DNA from: an uncultured Bacteroidales bacterium
Lineage (GTDB): Bacteria > Bacteroidota > Bacteroidia > Bacteroidales > WCHB1-69
Assembly: GCA_900315705.1 (NCBI GenBank)
Contig: ONAB01000001.1
Location: 143,178-207,177, forward strand
DNA length: 64,000 bases
Direction of reading: 5' to 3'
Shown: positions 38,277-47,851 of the stretch, one piece after another
Layout: every line of letters starts with the position of its first letter
How positions within the stretch are numbered: the first letter of the stretch is position 1
Translations under genes and position numbers: made by a program
Notes under the pieces: generated by a model
Seen by the model: the letters and a program-made list of their open reading frames with translations, nothing else
Told to the model about the DNA's origin: nothing
Databases searched by the model: none

Positions 38277-38392
38277 TGCAAAGATACAATAAATAATTGA
38301 GAATTGAGAATGGAGAATTAAGAATTAAGACTGGAGACTTAGACGTAAGACTTTTTTCGTAAATCGCAAATCGTAAATCGTAAATCGTAAAT
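38277..38392. repeat. heptamer-array intergenic repeat, locus R4 (near-identical to R2)
   Basis: tgcaaagatacaataaataattgagaattgagaatggagaattaagaattaagactggagacttagacgtaagacttttttcgtaaatcgcaaatcgtaaatcgtaaatcgtaaat. Confidence 0.9.
38279..38286 (-). promoter_or_regulatory. -7 promoter box for mutB (inside repeat R4)
   Basis: The reverse complement reads TATCTTTG, 22 nt upstream of the ATG at 38257. Confidence 0.55.
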
Positions 38393-38434
38393 TAGGGCCT
38401 TGAAAACGACTCGCCGACATTACCTATTTTTTTA

Positions 38435-38442
38435 TATCTTTG
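38435..38442 (+). promoter_or_regulatory. -7 promoter box for the cyclophilin gene
   Basis: TATCTTTG lies 20 nt upstream of the ATG at 38462. Confidence 0.55.
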
Positions 38443-38461
38443 CCGTTTAAATTCTGAAAGT

Positions 38462-39175
38462 ATGAAATTGACGAAATTCTTTTTTATTCTATTGAGTCTC
38501 ACGATGTTAACTGCGTGCTCCTCGCAAAAGAAGATTGAATCGGAACCTAAAAAACAGGCCGATCCTGTACAAACGGAAACTAAAAACAACAAGATGACAC
38601 AGATACTGATCAAGACCTCTATGGGCGATATCACCATTGCCCTCTACAATGAGACCCCGCAGCACCGCGACAACTTTATCAAGCTGGTGAAGGAGAACTA
38701 TTACGACGGCGTCCTCTTCCATCGCATCATCAAGGGCTTTATGGTGCAGACCGGCGACCCCGACTCCAAGACCGCGAAGCCCGGCCAGCGCCTCGGTATG
38801 GGCGGCCCCAACTACCGCGTGCCCGCCGAATTCGTGCCCTCCCTCTACCACAAACGCGGTGCCGTGGCTGCCGCCCGCGACAACAACCCCGCGAAGGCCT
38901 CCTCTGGCTCCCAGTTCTATATCGTGGACGGGGAGGTCTATTCCCAGGACAAGCTCAATATGATCGCTGCACGCACCGGCAAGACCTTCTCCCCTGAACA
39001 ACAGAAGGCCTACACCACCGTCGGCGGCGCCCCCTTCCTCGATGGCGACTACACCGTCTTCGGCGAGGTGGTGTCCGGTATGGAGGTTGTTGACAAAATT
39101 GCTGCCCAACCCAAGGACGGCGCCGACCGCCCCGTCACGGACATCAAAATCATCAGCGCAAAAATCATTGAATAA
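38462..39175 (+). CDS. cyclophilin-type peptidylprolyl isomerase, lipoprotein
   Basis: Lipobox LTAC. FHRIIKGFMVQTGDP and SGSQFYIV are cyclophilin signatures. Confidence 0.9.
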   Translation: MKLTKFFFILLSLTMLTACSSQKKIESEPKKQADPVQTETKNNKMTQILIKTSMGDITIALYNETPQHRDNFIKLVKENYYDGVLFHRIIKGFMVQTGDPDSKTAKPGQRLGMGGPNYRVPAEFVPSLYHKRGAVAAARDNNPAKASSGSQFYIVDGEVYSQDKLNMIAARTGKTFSPEQQKAYTTVGGAPFLDGDYTVFGEVVSGMEVVDKIAAQPKDGADRPVTDIKIISAKIIE

Positions 39176-39182
39176 CCCACAT

Positions 39183-39315
39183 TGTCGTAGAGACGGGGCG
39201 TGCCCCGTCTTCGCAAAATAAACGGGAAAACAATGTAGAGACGGGGCGCGCCCCGTCTCTACCAAAAAAAACGGAAAAAACAATGTAGAGACTGGGCGTG
39301 CCCGTCTCCGCAAAA
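39183..39315. repeat. three tandem ~50-bp units, each carrying a GC-rich palindromic hairpin
   Basis: Units start at 39183, 39233 and 39283. Each contains tgtagagacggggcg(t/c)gccccgtct(c) followed by an A-rich tail (caaaataaacgggaaaacaa / ccaaaaaaaacggaaaaaacaa). The third unit is degenerate (gagactgggcgtgcccgtctc). Confidence 0.85.
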
Positions 39316-39328
39316 CAGAAATCGATAT

Positions 39329-40351
39329 ATGAAAACCATAGAAGAAATACGCAAGGAAATCGAAGCCTTCCAAATTGAGAATGCGGAGGCCCTGGAACAG
39401 TTCCGCCTTCAGTTCCTGACCAAGAAGAGCGAGATACAAGCCCTGTTCGCGGAGTTGAAGAATATGCAGCCCGAAGAGCGCAAGAACTTCGGCCAGCTCA
39501 TCAACGATCTGAAGAATGCGGCCGTGGAGCGCTTCAACGCCTTCAAGGAAATCAGCGAGATGCACTCCAGCACCCAGAGCCAGGTGGCCGATGTGACGCG
39601 TCCGTCGCACAATGTCGAGGTGGGCTCTATGCACCCCATCTCCATTATGATGAACCAGGTGCGCCGCATTTTCGAGGACATCGGCTTCACGGCTGTCACG
39701 GGTCCCGACATCGAGGACGACTGGCACGTGTTCACGGCGCTGAACTTCCCCGAGGAGCATCCGGCGCGCGATATGCAGGACACCTTCTTCATTGACCTGC
39801 ACCCCGATGTGCTGCTGCGCACGCATACCTCCTCGCTGCAGGTGCGCACAATGGAGCACCAGCAGCCGCCCATTCGCGTGATTTGCCCGGGCCGCGTGTT
39901 CCGCAACGAGGCCATCACCTCCCGCGCCCACTGCATCTTCCACCAGGTGGAAGGCCTTTATGTGGCTGAGAAGGTCTCCTTCGCGGAGATGAAGCAGACA
40001 TTGCTCTACTTCGCCCAACGGATGTTCGGCCCCGACGTGCGCATCCGCCTGCGCCCCTCTTACTTCCCCTTCACCGAGCCTTCCGCTGAGATGGACATCT
40101 CCTGCAATATCTGTGGCGGCGCCGGCTGCAACCTCTGCAAGCATACCGGCTGGGTCGAGATTCTCGGCTGCGGTATGGTCGATCCTAATGTGCTCGACAA
40201 CTGCGGCATCGACAGCAAGAAATACAGCGGCTTTGCCTTCGGCCTCGGCATCGAGCGTATGACGATGCTCAAATACACCACCGATGACATCCGCCTCTAC
40301 TTCGAGAACGACGTCCGCTTCCTGCGCCAGTTCAAGGCGGCAACGAAGTGA
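39329..40351 (+). CDS. pheS: phenylalanine--tRNA ligase alpha subunit
   Basis: The class II aaRS core is HPARDMQDTFF...RTHTSSLQVR...PGRVFRNE...FPFTEPSAEMD...GFAFGLGIERMTMLKY. 340 aa. Confidence 0.95.
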   Translation: MKTIEEIRKEIEAFQIENAEALEQFRLQFLTKKSEIQALFAELKNMQPEERKNFGQLINDLKNAAVERFNAFKEISEMHSSTQSQVADVTRPSHNVEVGSMHPISIMMNQVRRIFEDIGFTAVTGPDIEDDWHVFTALNFPEEHPARDMQDTFFIDLHPDVLLRTHTSSLQVRTMEHQQPPIRVICPGRVFRNEAITSRAHCIFHQVEGLYVAEKVSFAEMKQTLLYFAQRMFGPDVRIRLRPSYFPFTEPSAEMDISCNICGGAGCNLCKHTGWVEILGCGMVDPNVLDNCGIDSKKYSGFAFGLGIERMTMLKYTTDDIRLYFENDVRFLRQFKAATK

Positions 40352-40405
40352 TAGACTTAAGACTTGAGACGTAAGACTTGAGAACGTAAATCGCAAATCG
40401 TAAAA
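40352..40405. repeat. heptamer-array intergenic repeat, locus R5
   Basis: tagactt aagactt gagacgt aagactt gagaa cgtaaat cgcaaat cgtaaaa. It starts immediately after the pheS stop and has the same orientation as R2/R4. Confidence 0.85.
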
Positions 40406-40418
40406 AAAACACACAATA

Positions 40419-43400
40419 ATGACAAAAACACAAAAAAGGATCAACAATTTGATCGGTTTGGTCATCGGTATAGTGGCTTCTGCCGTCTATATTATGACTG
40501 CCGAGCCCACCGTGTCGTGGTGGGACTGCGGTGAATACATCGCGACAACGTCAAAGTTGCTTGTGGGACACCCGCCCGGAGCACCCACTTTCCAGATCAT
40601 AGGCCGTATCTTCACCCTTTTTGCCGGTGATGATCCGACCAAGATGGCCTATTGCGTCAACTGTATGTCGGCTATCTGCAGTGGTTTGACCATAATGTTC
40701 CTCTATTTCACCATTGTCCGTCTGGGCCGCAAACTCATTGCCAAATATGGTGAGATGAACCTCCCGCGTTACATCGCCACCATCGGCGCCGGACTCGTGG
40801 GTGCTATGGCCTACTGCTTCTCCGACACCTTCTGGTTCTCCGCCGTCGAGGGTGAGGTTTACGCTATGTCGTCGTTTTTCACCGCCCTGGTGTTCTGGTG
40901 CATCCTGCGATGGGACGAGGAGTACGATAACCCGAAAAGCAACGTCAACCCCAACCGATGGATTGTGCTCATCGCCTATCTGACAGGCCTTTCCATCGGT
41001 GTCCACTTGCTGAACTTGTTGACCCTGCCTGCCGTGGTGCTGATTGTTTATTATAAACTTTCCAAAGAAGCCACTGGTATGGGTGCTGTGCTCACCTTCG
41101 CCATTATCTCCCTTTTCTTTGCCTTCTTCTGCCCGCCGTTGTGGATGTTCCTGATTTGGATTTTCATCACCATCCCGCTCTTCGTGCTTTGTGCCAAGAA
41201 AGGGACTTTCAAGTCGAAGGCCGAGTGGGGCGTGTTTCTCGCCCTGGGTGGATCCGTGGTGCTGTTGGGTCTCATTCTGTGGGGCATCATCCCGCAAGTG
41301 GTGAACCTGGCCGGCAAGTTCGACCTCTTCTTCGTCAATAGCCTGCACCTGCCCTTCAACTCGGGCACTATCTTCTTCTTCCTGGCCATCATTGCCCTCA
41401 TCGCTTGGGGACTTTGGGCCGGTTATAAGAAAAACAAGCCCGTACTGCTTACCGCTGTCTATTGCTTCGCCTTCCTGCTCATCGGCTACTCCACCTTCTT
41501 CACCCTGGTCATCCGTTCCAACGCCAACCCGACCATCGATGAGAACAACCCCGAGGATGCTGTGGCCCTGTTGGCCTACCTCAACCGCGAACAGTACGGC
41601 TCCAATCCTGTCTTCTTCGGACAAAGCTACAATACCCGCGTGGTGAATATGAAGGACGGCAACCCTGTCTATGTGAAGGACAAAGAGGCCAAGCGCTATG
41701 TGGTCTCCAACAGCCGGAAGGGTGAGCTGCCCGTTTATGACAATGCGGGTCAGATGCTCTTCCCGAGAATGTGGTCGTCCGAAAAACAGGGCGAGTATAT
41801 CAGCTGGCTCAACAATCACTACAACTCTGACAGTGCTTCCGACAAGGAGAACCGTCGTGCTTTGTCGCGCGGCGACCTGCCCAACTGGCAGCGTAACATC
41901 AAGTTTATGCAGACCTACCAGTTCGGTTATATGTACTGGCGTTACTTTATGTGGAACTTCGCTGGCCGGCAGAACGACTTGCAGGGTCACGGCGACTATC
42001 TGAACGGCAACTGGATCAGCGGCATCAACGCCATCGACAAGAAGATGGTGGGCGATCAGCGCGACCTGCCCAGGGCCATTGCACGTCCCAACCATAACAC
42101 CTACTACCTGCTGCCGCTGCTGTTGGGCCTTATCGGCCTTTTCTTCCAGGTCAAGAAGGACACCCCGAACGCCTTCATCGTGTTCCTGCTCTTCATTATG
42201 ACCGGTTTGGCCATCGCTTTCTATTTGAATATGTATGCGTTCCAGCCGCGTGAGCGTGACTATGCCTTCGCCGCCTCCTTCTATGCCTTCTCCATCTGGA
42301 TAGGCTTTGGCGTGTTGGGCATCTACAATCTCTTTGAGAAACTCAAGAGCCGCTCCGTGCAGGTGGCTGGCGCTGCCTTGACCACGGTGGTCTGCTTTGC
42401 CGCTGTGCCCTGTGTGATGGGCGCCCAGAACTGGCACGGCCACGACCGTTCCAACCGCTACACGGCATTGGCCATTGCGAAGAACTACCTCGACTCGTGC
42501 GAACCCAACGCCATCCTCTTCACGTTGGGCGATAACGACACCTTCCCCTTGTGGTACGTGCAGGAGGTGGAGGGCTACCGCACCGACGTGCGCGTCTGCA
42601 ACCTCTCCCTGCTCAGCACCAGTTGGTATGTCGATCAGATGAAGCGCAAAGCTTACCAGTCTGACCCGCTGCCCATCTCGATGACGTGGCAGCAGTACAA
42701 GGACGGCACCCGCGATGTGCTCTATCTGGAGCCGGCTGGCAACCAGTTTGTGGACCTCAACGCTTTGGTCGATTACATCAAAGATCCGCAGTTCGACAAC
42801 ACCCGTGCCCTGATGCTGCTCAACGCCGACAAGGGCTATCGCAGCAACGGCCGTGCCATCCCCGCCAGCTTCTCGCTGAAGGTGAACAAGGAGAAAGTGC
42901 TCGCCAACGGCACCGTGAAACCTGAAGATGCCGACAAGGTGGTGGACCGCCTGGAGTGGAACCTCAAGTCTGATCGTGTCAACCCGCTGGCCAAGGCTTA
43001 TATCATTATGATGGACATCTTGGCTACCAACAACTGGGAGCGCCCTGTGTACTACGCTTCCACCACGGGTTCTGAGGCTTACCTCGGATTGGAAGACTAC
43101 TTCCAGCTGGAGGGCTTCGCCTACCGTCTGGTTCCTATCCGTACCCCGCGCTCGGCCTCCTATGAGTATGGCCGCATCGGTACCGAAAGACTTTACCAGA
43201 ACCTGATGAGCACCTACAACGACCACAGCCGTGTGGACCTTGTCAACAACCCGAATGCCACGCAGAATGAGAGCTATCCCTACCTGTGGGGTGGTTTCAA
43301 CGACCCGCGCGTCTATCACAGTGACGACAACGTGCGCCTGGCTCCCCTCATCCGTCAGATGTACGCCCGCCTGAGCCGCCAGTTCAGAGCAAGTGGCGAC

Positions 43401-44069
43401 AAGGAGCGTGCCGAGAAGGTGCTCGACCAAGGCAACAAAGTGCTGCCCGACGAGGTCTTCCCCTTCACCTCCGTGATGTCCAATATGGGTGGCTATACGC
43501 AAACCTGCGTCTTCTATATGCAAGACTACTTCGACCTTCATACCCCGTCGGCCGATCAGAAAGGTATGGAAATGGCCAACAAGATTTGGGACGGCTTTGT
43601 CGAGTTGTTCGATTGGTATGACAAGGTGGATGAAAAGACCCTTGACATTCACAACGACGACATCCGCTACGACCTGATGTTTATGAACTATATGCTTACC
43701 CGTGTCAAGATGCCGGGTCAAGGCCTGAATGCCCGTCTCAAGGAACTGAAGTTCGACAAGGTGGCTGACTATTATGCCAAGTATCTGAATTCTTCGATTA
43801 GTAAAAAACTGCGCCAACCCAACTTCGACCAGCAGTCGGTGGCCAACGATTTCCAGGAGTTGCACTCTGTGATGACTCTTGCCAGCAAGTGCGGCAACAC
43901 TGCGATGGCACAGAAGGTGCAGCAGATGGCCAACACCCAGTTTGACGCGATGGAGGCCGCAGCTCCCGGTATGGGCGCCGCCTTCCGTAATTTCTTCAAC
44001 AGCATCGACAACCCTGAAGAGGCGGAAGAGGCAGAAAGCACCGAAGAACCGACTTCTGAACAAGAATAA
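40419..44069 (+). CDS. DUF2723-family giant polytopic membrane protein (glycosyltransferase-C-like/TMEM260-like)
   Basis: AEPTVSWWDCGEYIATTSKLLVGHPPGAPTFQIIGRIF resembles the DUF2723 N-terminal signature. Many TM helices are followed by a large soluble C-terminal half. 1216 aa. Confidence 0.7.
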   Translation: MTKTQKRINNLIGLVIGIVASAVYIMTAEPTVSWWDCGEYIATTSKLLVGHPPGAPTFQIIGRIFTLFAGDDPTKMAYCVNCMSAICSGLTIMFLYFTIVRLGRKLIAKYGEMNLPRYIATIGAGLVGAMAYCFSDTFWFSAVEGEVYAMSSFFTALVFWCILRWDEEYDNPKSNVNPNRWIVLIAYLTGLSIGVHLLNLLTLPAVVLIVYYKLSKEATGMGAVLTFAIISLFFAFFCPPLWMFLIWIFITIPLFVLCAKKGTFKSKAEWGVFLALGGSVVLLGLILWGIIPQVVNLAGKFDLFFVNSLHLPFNSGTIFFFLAIIALIAWGLWAGYKKNKPVLLTAVYCFAFLLIGYSTFFTLVIRSNANPTIDENNPEDAVALLAYLNREQYGSNPVFFGQSYNTRVVNMKDGNPVYVKDKEAKRYVVSNSRKGELPVYDNAGQMLFPRMWSSEKQGEYISWLNNHYNSDSASDKENRRALSRGDLPNWQRNIKFMQTYQFGYMYWRYFMWNFAGRQNDLQGHGDYLNGNWISGINAIDKKMVGDQRDLPRAIARPNHNTYYLLPLLLGLIGLFFQVKKDTPNAFIVFLLFIMTGLAIAFYLNMYAFQPRERDYAFAASFYAFSIWIGFGVLGIYNLFEKLKSRSVQVAGAALTTVVCFAAVPCVMGAQNWHGHDRSNRYTALAIAKNYLDSCEPNAILFTLGDNDTFPLWYVQEVEGYRTDVRVCNLSLLSTSWYVDQMKRKAYQSDPLPISMTWQQYKDGTRDVLYLEPAGNQFVDLNALVDYIKDPQFDNTRALMLLNADKGYRSNGRAIPASFSLKVNKEKVLANGTVKPEDADKVVDRLEWNLKSDRVNPLAKAYIIMMDILATNNWERPVYYASTTGSEAYLGLEDYFQLEGFAYRLVPIRTPRSASYEYGRIGTERLYQNLMSTYNDHSRVDLVNNPNATQNESYPYLWGGFNDPRVYHSDDNVRLAPLIRQMYARLSRQFRASGDKERAEKVLDQGNKVLPDEVFPFTSVMSNMGGYTQTCVFYMQDYFDLHTPSADQKGMEMANKIWDGFVELFDWYDKVDEKTLDIHNDDIRYDLMFMNYMLTRVKMPGQGLNARLKELKFDKVADYYAKYLNSSISKKLRQPNFDQQSVANDFQELHSVMTLASKCGNTAMAQKVQQMANTQFDAMEAAAPGMGAAFRNFFNSIDNPEEAEEAESTEEPTSEQE

Positions 44070-44085
44070 CAAGTACATTCACCAT

Positions 44086-44132
44086 CCGCACGAGTTGCCA
44101 GATCCTCTTCTGGCATCTTGTGCGGTTTTTTT
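44086..44132 (+). terminator. intrinsic terminator after the DUF2723 gene
   Basis: ccgcacgagttgccaga / tctggcatcttgtgcgg form a 17-bp imperfect stem (15/17) with loop tcctct. A 7-T run follows. Confidence 0.75.
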
Positions 44133-44144
44133 AAAAATAATGCT

Positions 44145-44795
44145 ATGAAAAAATTCGCCGTAATCTTATGTGGCTGCGGATCATTGGACGGAAGTGAGAT
44201 TCACGAGTCCGTGATGACACTCTTAGCCATTGATCGCAACGACTGCACATACAGCATCTTTGCCCCCAACGACACCCAGTATCACGTGGTCAACCACATC
44301 ACCCACGAGGAGATGCCGGAATCCCGCAATATGCTGCTGGAGGCCGCCCGCATCGCCCGCGGGCAAATACGTCCTATCGAAGAGTGTGACGTGAACGAGT
44401 TCGACGCGCTGGTGTTCCCCGGCGGCAATGGCTCTGCCAAGAATCTCTTCACTTATGCCCTCCAGGGTGCCCAATGCACCGTGAGGGAGGATGTCGCCAC
44501 CCTTATCCGCGCATTCCACGCCCAGCACAAGCCCATCGGCGCCCTCTGCATTGCCCCGGTGATGATTGCCCGAGTGCTTGGTGACGTCACCGTCACGGTG
44601 GGCACCGACGAGCGCACCATCCACGATGTCGAGAGCTTTGGCACGCACCATATCTGCAGCCAGCAGAAGGGGGTGGTCTCTGACAAGGAGCACCTGGTCT
44701 TCACCACGCCCTGCTATATGCTGCCCGCTCGCATCTCCGACATTGCCGACTGTGCCGAGAACCTCATCGAGGCCATCCTCGACAGTATAGCATAG
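44145..44795 (+). CDS. elbB: DJ-1/PfpI-family isoprenoid biosynthesis glyoxalase ElbB
   Basis: MKKFAVILCGCGSLDGSEIHESVMTLLAIDR closely parallels the ElbB N-terminus. The nucleophile elbow is IGALCIAPV. Confidence 0.8.
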   Translation: MKKFAVILCGCGSLDGSEIHESVMTLLAIDRNDCTYSIFAPNDTQYHVVNHITHEEMPESRNMLLEAARIARGQIRPIEECDVNEFDALVFPGGNGSAKNLFTYALQGAQCTVREDVATLIRAFHAQHKPIGALCIAPVMIARVLGDVTVTVGTDERTIHDVESFGTHHICSQQKGVVSDKEHLVFTTPCYMLPARISDIADCAENLIEAILDSIA

Positions 44796-44797
44796 CG

Positions 44798-45316
44798 ATG
44801 AAAAACATCGTCTTCGTTGGCTTCCCTTGTGCCGGAAAGACCACGGCGGGGAGAATCCTGGCTGCCCAACAGCACCTCTCCTTCGTGGATCTGGACGACG
44901 CCATCGAGGAACACTATCACATCACTATTCCCCAGCTTATCCAAAAGTATGGGGAATTTGCTTTTCGGCGCTGTGAGCAGTCGAGGCTGCGCGAGTTGCT
45001 CTCGCAGCACAATCTGGTCATCGCCACGGGCGGCGGCGCCCCCTGCTTTGAGGACGCGATGCAGCGCATCAATGAAAACGCCACCTCCATATACCTGAAG
45101 ATATCCGAAGAGACGCTGGTCGGTCGGTTGAAGAGCCCTTACCGAGAACGTCCCTTGGCCCCGCAGGATGACGAGGATGCTTTGAGACGATATGTGCACG
45201 AGACCCTTTCCCAACGCGCCCCTTTTTACGAGCAGGCGCATATTACCATAATGGAAAACCAGTTGGGCGATAAAGAGGGGATGGTTGACCTTTTCGCTAA
45301 ATTACATATATATTAA
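44798..45316 (+). CDS. aroK: shikimate kinase
   Basis: MKNIVFVGFPCAGKTTAGRILA (P-loop). VIATGGGAP. 172 aa. Confidence 0.9.
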   Translation: MKNIVFVGFPCAGKTTAGRILAAQQHLSFVDLDDAIEEHYHITIPQLIQKYGEFAFRRCEQSRLRELLSQHNLVIATGGGAPCFEDAMQRINENATSIYLKISEETLVGRLKSPYRERPLAPQDDEDALRRYVHETLSQRAPFYEQAHITIMENQLGDKEGMVDLFAKLHIY

Positions 45317-45317
45317 T

Positions 45318-47786
45318 ATGATTATAGACGATATTCGCCAGATTCTGAATCCTGTTGAAAGTTTCGTGAGTGCCCCGAAGGCCATTGTCACGGAACTCAG
45401 TTTCGACAGCCGGCAGATACGGAAGCCGAAGGAGACACTCTTCTTTGCTTTCAAGACTGACCGCAACGACGGGCACCGCTACATTCCCGAGTTGCTGTCG
45501 AAGGGGGTGCGCAACTTTGTCGTGACCGCGATGACCGACGCCTTGAAAAAGAGCGTCGATGGGGTGGGGGAGTGCAATGTGCTTTGTGTTAATGATGCCC
45601 TTGTCGCGCTGCAGGCCGTCGCCACAGCCCATCGTCTGCAGTTCCAAGTGCCCACTATCGGCATCACCGGCAGCAACGGCAAGACCATCGTCAAGGAGTG
45701 GCTGACCAATATGCTGGCCGAGGACAGGCACGTCACCTGCAGCCCCGACAGCTACAATTCCCAGATCGGCGTGCCAATGTCGGTCTGGCAACTCAATGAG
45801 CGCACGGACATTGCCGTCTTTGAGGCGGGCATCTCCCGTCCTGACGAAATGCAGCGCCTGGCCGAGGTGATTCGCCCCACCCACGGCATCTTGACCAACA
45901 TTGGGATGGCCCATTCGCGCTTTTTCCTGAACAACCGGCAGAAGACCATCGAGAAGCTGAAACTCTTCCAAACGGCTGATGTGTTGGTGTATCACGATGA
46001 TAACGATGAGGTGAACGCCATACTGGCCCTCCCCGAGTACGCCCATTTGCGCAAGGCCTCCTGGGGCTCTGCGCAGGCCCGCTATCCCATTCTTCGCCGG
46101 CAGGCGGAACGCAACAGCACGCTCGTCACCATAGGTGCCGATACTTATCATATTCCCTTCCTTGACGCCGCTTCTCTGGAAAACGCCACCCATTGCATCG
46201 TGATGATGCTGGAGTTGGGCATCGCACCTGCCCAAATCGACCATCGTTTGCAAAAGCTCTCGCGCGTAAGTATGCGTACCGAAATCCTGGAGGGAATCCA
46301 GCACTCCGTGCTCATCAACGACACCTACAGTTTGGATATCAACTCTCTGCGCGCCGCCCTGGACTTTATGGACACGCAGTCCCAACTGCCCCGGAAAACC
46401 CTCATCCTCTCGGATTTCGAGCAGGTGACTGAGCTGTCTGACGATGAATACAACAGTATCAACGCCTTGCTTCACGAGCATCATATTGAAACACTTATCG
46501 CTGTGGGCCACGACATTTGCAAACATATCCACTGCTTTGACTGTGCCACGGTGCTCTCTTATCCTGACACCTCCACGCTGCTTTTGCAATTGCCGGATAT
46601 GGACTTCTCCTACCAATCCATTTTGCTTAAAGGTGCCCGAAATTTCAGATTTGAGGAGATTGTTTCCCAGTTGCAGCACAAAACCCATCTCACTATCCTG
46701 AATGTGAGTCTGCCTGCGCTGGTGCATAATCTGGAATATCATCGTACTTTCCTGAAACCCGAGACCAAAATGGTGGCGATGGTGAAGGCCCATTCCTATG
46801 GATTAGGAGATGTTGAACTAGTTAATGAATTGGTTTATAGAAATATAGATTATTTGGCGGTGGCCTATACCGATGAAGGTGTGCGTCTTCGCAAGCGCCA
46901 CGTCCAGACCCCCATTATCGTGTTGGGTGCCGAGGCGCACAGTTTCGACGTGATGGTGGAACACAATCTGGAGCCGGAAATTTTTAATTTCTACTATCTT
47001 TCTGAATTAGAGAATGTTCTGAAAAAACACCCGCAAATTCAACAGTTTAATATCCATATCAAATTAGATACTGGAATGCATCGGTTGGGTTTTGATGAAG
47101 CGGATTTAACTCGATTGGTTGAGGTTGTAAAATCCAATCCGCAATTGCGAATTGCTTCGATCTTCTCTCATCTGGCCGCTGCGGAAGATGCTGCTGAGGA
47201 TAAGTTCACGCTGCAGCAAATCCATCTGTTCAAAAGGATGACAGACAAGATACTTGAAGCGTTTGACTATCCTATATTGCGTCATATCCTTAATAGTGCG
47301 GGCATTGTGCGTTTCCCGCAGTATCAGTTCGATATGGTACGTTTGGGCATTGGCCTGTATGGATTTTCCGGCATTCCGGAAGTGCAGGGCCATTTACAGA
47401 ATGTGGCTACGTTGAAGACGGTCATCACGCAGGTGAAGCGTATTCCAGCCGGCGAGACTATTGGCTATAACCGCAGCTATCGTCTTACTCGCGACACGCA
47501 GGTGGCTATTATTCCCATCGGATACGCTGACGGCTACCCGCGTGAGTTGGCCAACGGCAAGGGCACGGTCCTCATTCAAGGCCAGAAAGTGCCGGTCATT
47601 GGCAAAATCTGTATGGATATGTGTATGCTGGATGTCACTGGCCTGGCGATTCACGAGGGCGACGAGGTTATCGTGTATGGCGAAGGCAACACCGCCGCCG
47701 ATATGGCCGATGCGGCTGGGCTTATCAGCTACGAGCTGCTTACCCGCCTGTCGCAGCGCGTGCCCCGCGTCTATGTCAAGGAGTAG
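45318..47786 (+). CDS. murF/alr: bifunctional UDP-N-acetylmuramoyl-tripeptide--D-alanyl-D-alanine ligase / alanine racemase
   Basis: The ATG at 45318 lies 1 nt after the aroK stop. The N-terminal Mur ligase carries GITGSNGKTIVKEW. The C-terminal half carries the PLP site VKAHSYGLG and the alanine racemase tail (MDMCMLDV..YELLTRLSQRVPRVY). This fusion is known in Bacteroidota. Confidence 0.9.
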   Translation: MIIDDIRQILNPVESFVSAPKAIVTELSFDSRQIRKPKETLFFAFKTDRNDGHRYIPELLSKGVRNFVVTAMTDALKKSVDGVGECNVLCVNDALVALQAVATAHRLQFQVPTIGITGSNGKTIVKEWLTNMLAEDRHVTCSPDSYNSQIGVPMSVWQLNERTDIAVFEAGISRPDEMQRLAEVIRPTHGILTNIGMAHSRFFLNNRQKTIEKLKLFQTADVLVYHDDNDEVNAILALPEYAHLRKASWGSAQARYPILRRQAERNSTLVTIGADTYHIPFLDAASLENATHCIVMMLELGIAPAQIDHRLQKLSRVSMRTEILEGIQHSVLINDTYSLDINSLRAALDFMDTQSQLPRKTLILSDFEQVTELSDDEYNSINALLHEHHIETLIAVGHDICKHIHCFDCATVLSYPDTSTLLLQLPDMDFSYQSILLKGARNFRFEEIVSQLQHKTHLTILNVSLPALVHNLEYHRTFLKPETKMVAMVKAHSYGLGDVELVNELVYRNIDYLAVAYTDEGVRLRKRHVQTPIIVLGAEAHSFDVMVEHNLEPEIFNFYYLSELENVLKKHPQIQQFNIHIKLDTGMHRLGFDEADLTRLVEVVKSNPQLRIASIFSHLAAAEDAAEDKFTLQQIHLFKRMTDKILEAFDYPILRHILNSAGIVRFPQYQFDMVRLGIGLYGFSGIPEVQGHLQNVATLKTVITQVKRIPAGETIGYNRSYRLTRDTQVAIIPIGYADGYPRELANGKGTVLIQGQKVPVIGKICMDMCMLDVTGLAIHEGDEVIVYGEGNTAADMADAAGLISYELLTRLSQRVPRVYVKE

Positions 47787-47826
47787 ATGGATGCACATTT
47801 CATCTGCGGCCATTTGCTATTTTTTG

Positions 47827-47834
47827 TACTTTTG
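47827..47834 (+). promoter_or_regulatory. -7 promoter box (TAnnTTTG)
   Basis: TACTTTTG lies 18 nt upstream of the ATG at 47852. Confidence 0.55.
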
Positions 47835-47851
47835 CCACCTGTTTTGTAGAG

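Noticed and set aside
39183-39315. Possible CRISPR array (regularly spaced palindromic repeats).
   Set aside because: There are only three units. The inter-palindrome segments are A-rich and similar to each other rather than unique spacers. No cas genes or leader are present, and the third repeat is decayed.
38507-40465. 652-aa minus-strand ORF spanning the cyclophilin gene, the hairpin repeats and pheS.
   Set aside because: It is antisense to two confidently identified genes and reads through the intergenic repeats (..GRAPSL.. peptides). It is a shadow ORF.
47621-47851. 77-codon 5' extension of the CapD-like gene overlapping the end of murF-alr. Similar extensions occur at 30406 (sufC), 44118 (elbB), 45285 (murF), 13913, 51061, 55438 and 56174.
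   Set aside because: The extensions overlap upstream CDSs or promoter boxes and encode Arg/Gly-rich or otherwise non-protein-like sequence. Internal ATGs give canonical N-termini or signal peptides.
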